The translations under genes were made by a program, and so were the position numbers. Below, piece by piece: positions 53,127-64,000 of a stretch of 64,000 nucleotides of DNA (the first letter of the stretch is position 1; each line of letters opens with the position of its first letter). Origin of the DNA: Balanoglossus misakiensis (taxonomy: Eukaryota; Animalia; Hemichordata). The stretch covers positions 6,748,193 through 6,812,192 of the forward strand of contig CM082595.2 in assembly GCA_040954595.2 (NCBI GenBank), given 5' to 3'. A model generated the notes under the pieces. The model was not told where the DNA came from and did not search any database. It saw nothing but the letters and a program-made list of their open reading frames with translations.

Positions 53127-53747
53127 TTCTAACCTGACAAAACGTCGCCAGTCGTGGGACGATGTTGCTATAACGCAGAAGCAATTAATGTATAACAACC
53201 TTTTCACATTAAAATGTAACTACGAAAACACCTTGCTCAGTTGGCATTGTGCATACATTGTCGGAATACAGGCTAAGTCCAATGACCCTTCCTATCAAGG
53301 CTGGGTAGCCGGTCGTGTAACGTCACTGACCTCATTCAGGTTAAGTCGACTCTGTCCGTCGTAGGGAACTCGTGCCTGGAACCTTTGACCTTAATTGCAA
53401 GACGGAAGAATATCAAGTTGGTTTGTGTTGGTTGCACACGTCATTGTTGGGTGCTGAGGTAATGGGAACTATTTTGAAACTCTGATTGGCTATTGTGATA
53501 AGATATCAATTATACAAAGTCCATTACCAGTGCTTCCCGTTGATATATAGGTCTTTGGTATGTACGATTTCTTTGGCCTACACGTTTACGTTTAAAAATG
53601 CTTTGTCACAAATTCATTTACATTAAGGTGACTCATGGCTATGCATATTCATATCCTTTCAGTAGGCTTTAAGGTGATCGCCCTTGCTGCAGTGTCAGTG
53701 TGATCGCTCTTAGTGGTTGGTGTCAGTGTCACAGTCCAGCTGTAACC

Positions 53748-58373
<4,626 letters not shown>

Positions 58374-59628
58374 ACGCAACAACCAAATTTTGTCAACGAT
58401 GCAACAATGCAGAATAGTCTCAACATGAAAAGTTGCTGTCAGAATGGTATCAAAATGTTCACCATTTGTTTTAATCACAAATTAAAACTCCACATTTTCA
58501 ATTTCAAGTATTAGAGTTTACAAGACATGCTATAGTATTAGTTAAAATCAAAATATATATTGCATTTAAACTAATGTTACCATATGTATCGAAAAATGAT
58601 TAAAATTACAAAGTGTTTGTTTTCCAATTTTATACACTATTACTTAATTCATTCTAAAACTGGGCTATATTTTTTCCAGACCTGTATACACGTGACAGGG
58701 TATGAAAGTGTTCTGTTGTTTTACAGGGTGACTATTTAAGTCCTTAAAGCGTGATTCAAGAGATTATCAATATCAATACAATGTACAATTACAAAGTATT
58801 TGTTTTTCAATTCTATTAAATATCAATGCAGGGCTCAATACTTGGCCCCACGTTATTCTTAATCTCATGTTTCTGAGATTCATTGTTGTCAATTGTGACA
58901 TAATGGCTTCTTGAATTCAAATAGCTTTTAAACCATAACAAAGGCAACCCCCTAACACCTGAAATTTCTGTCGGAATAGTCGCCATTTTTTACAGACTGT
59001 AAAACATCTTCTCCTGAGTTAGGGATGTAAACTTGATTAGTGCCTATGACAACTATTTTTCAGTCCTATTCTCATTGTAAACCAAACTGTTATCTTTTTT
59101 CCTTTCAATTTGTTTTTGTTTGTTTGATTAATATGTGAATAGTCTGGTCCCCTGCCCCATTTCCACCGCTGGCTGCGCTACGCTAAAGGAGTCAGGTATT
59201 GACCGATCTTGGCCAAAAACCTGGCCCGCATAATGAAACAAAGACCACGTCAGAACATATGGGGCGCTCTTTTTTCGCGTGTGCCACCCACTGAAAATCT
59301 GTGATTGGCTAGATCTCAATTTACCGTGGCAACTGTAACTAAATATGTATAGGTGACCTTTAATGTCTTCTTTTCAGCTGAAAGGTGTCGTCCTCTCATC
59401 GCGCGCTGCCATCACCATTATTCAGCAAAAATGCCGAGGTATGACGTTATATGGTCAAGATTGTGAACTCTGTAAGACCATTCAAAACTACCGACCGAAA
59501 ATATGCTCTTCTGAAACAAAATGTCTGTATTGCTAAGCTTAACTTTGCAACATAATGTATCAATGAGTCACGCAATCAACAAGTCAGTGATGACCTCATT
59601 TGACCCCAATGTAGGGGAAAACATTCAC

Positions 59629-59791
59629 CTGCTTTTGGGTAACTTTACTAACTGACCAAAAATACGTCATCATCGTGGCATTTGACGATTCCTGGCGATT
59701 CTAAGATTCGTCGGTTCACGTACCCACCGAATGTGACCCCGCCGTACTCGTATTCTCCGAGAGTTTTGAACCGTCGCTTGGGACTGGTCAT
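59629..59791 (-). pseudogene. Orphan duplicate of SULT-C exon 1 with in-frame stops
   Basis: Near-identical to 52973-53126, but a 9-nt insertion gives GTC AGT TAG TAA AGT TAC CCA. No downstream exons were duplicated. Confidence 0.88.
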
Positions 59792-60421
59792 TTCTAACCT
59801 GACAAAACGTCGCCAGTCGTGGGACGATGTTGCTATAACGCAGAAGCAATTAATGTATAACTGCCTGTTGCCTTTTCACATTAAAATGTTACTACGAAAA
59901 CACCTTGCTCAGTTAGCAGCATTGTGCATACATTGTCGGAATACAGGCTAAGTCCAATGACCCTTCCTATCAAGGCTGGGTAGCCGGTCGTGTAACATCA
60001 CTGACCTCGTTCAGGTTTAGTCAACGCTGTCCGTCGTAGGGAACTCGTGCCTGGAACCTTTGACCTTAATTGCAAGATGGACATATACATGTATCAAGTC
60101 GGTTTGTGTTCGTTGAACACGTCATTGTTGGGTGCTGAGGTAATGGGAAATATTTTAAAACTCTGATTGGCTATTGTGATAAGATATCAATTATACAAAG
60201 TCCATAACCAGTGCTTCCCGTCGTTGGTATGTACAATTTCTTTGGCCTACACCTTTACGTTAAAAAAATGCTTTGTCACAAATCCATTTACATTAAGGTG
60301 ACTCATGGTTATGCATATTCATATCCTTTCAGTAGGCTTTAAGGTGATCGCCCTTGCTGCAATGTCAGTGTGATCGCTATTGGTGGTTGGTGTCAGTGTC
60401 ACAGTCCATGCAGCTGTAACC

Positions 60422-63914
<3,493 letters not shown>

Positions 63915-64000
63915 AAGCAACAACCATTTAAGCACATGCATAATAGTCCCAAGATGAAAAGTTGCTGTCAGAATGGTATCAAAATGTTCACCATTTGTTT

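Overview
Intron-rich, AT-rich animal genomic DNA. It is not prokaryotic, and the gene style suggests an invertebrate deuterostome such as a hemichordate, though that taxon is only an inference. From left to right the window holds: a TNF-receptor-superfamily gene (+; four cysteine-rich domains, TM, no death domain); RPL22 (-) head-to-head with GPS2 (+); an intronless SLC35G/EamA-type transporter (-); and a cluster of five intact 7-exon cytosolic sulfotransferase (SULT) genes plus one orphan pseudo-exon from a recent ~6.7 kb tandem duplication. An intronless melatonin-receptor/Moody-like GPCR is nested antisense in an intron of one SULT. Many MITEs and microsatellites are present. The strongest novel signal is four tandem stem-loops in RPL22 intron 2. 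Their stems differ in sequence but stay paired, each fits the known RPL22-binding hairpin, and the last one buries the predicted branch point, which makes this a candidate autoregulatory splicing switch. Exon coordinates were read by eye from splice signals and reading frame.
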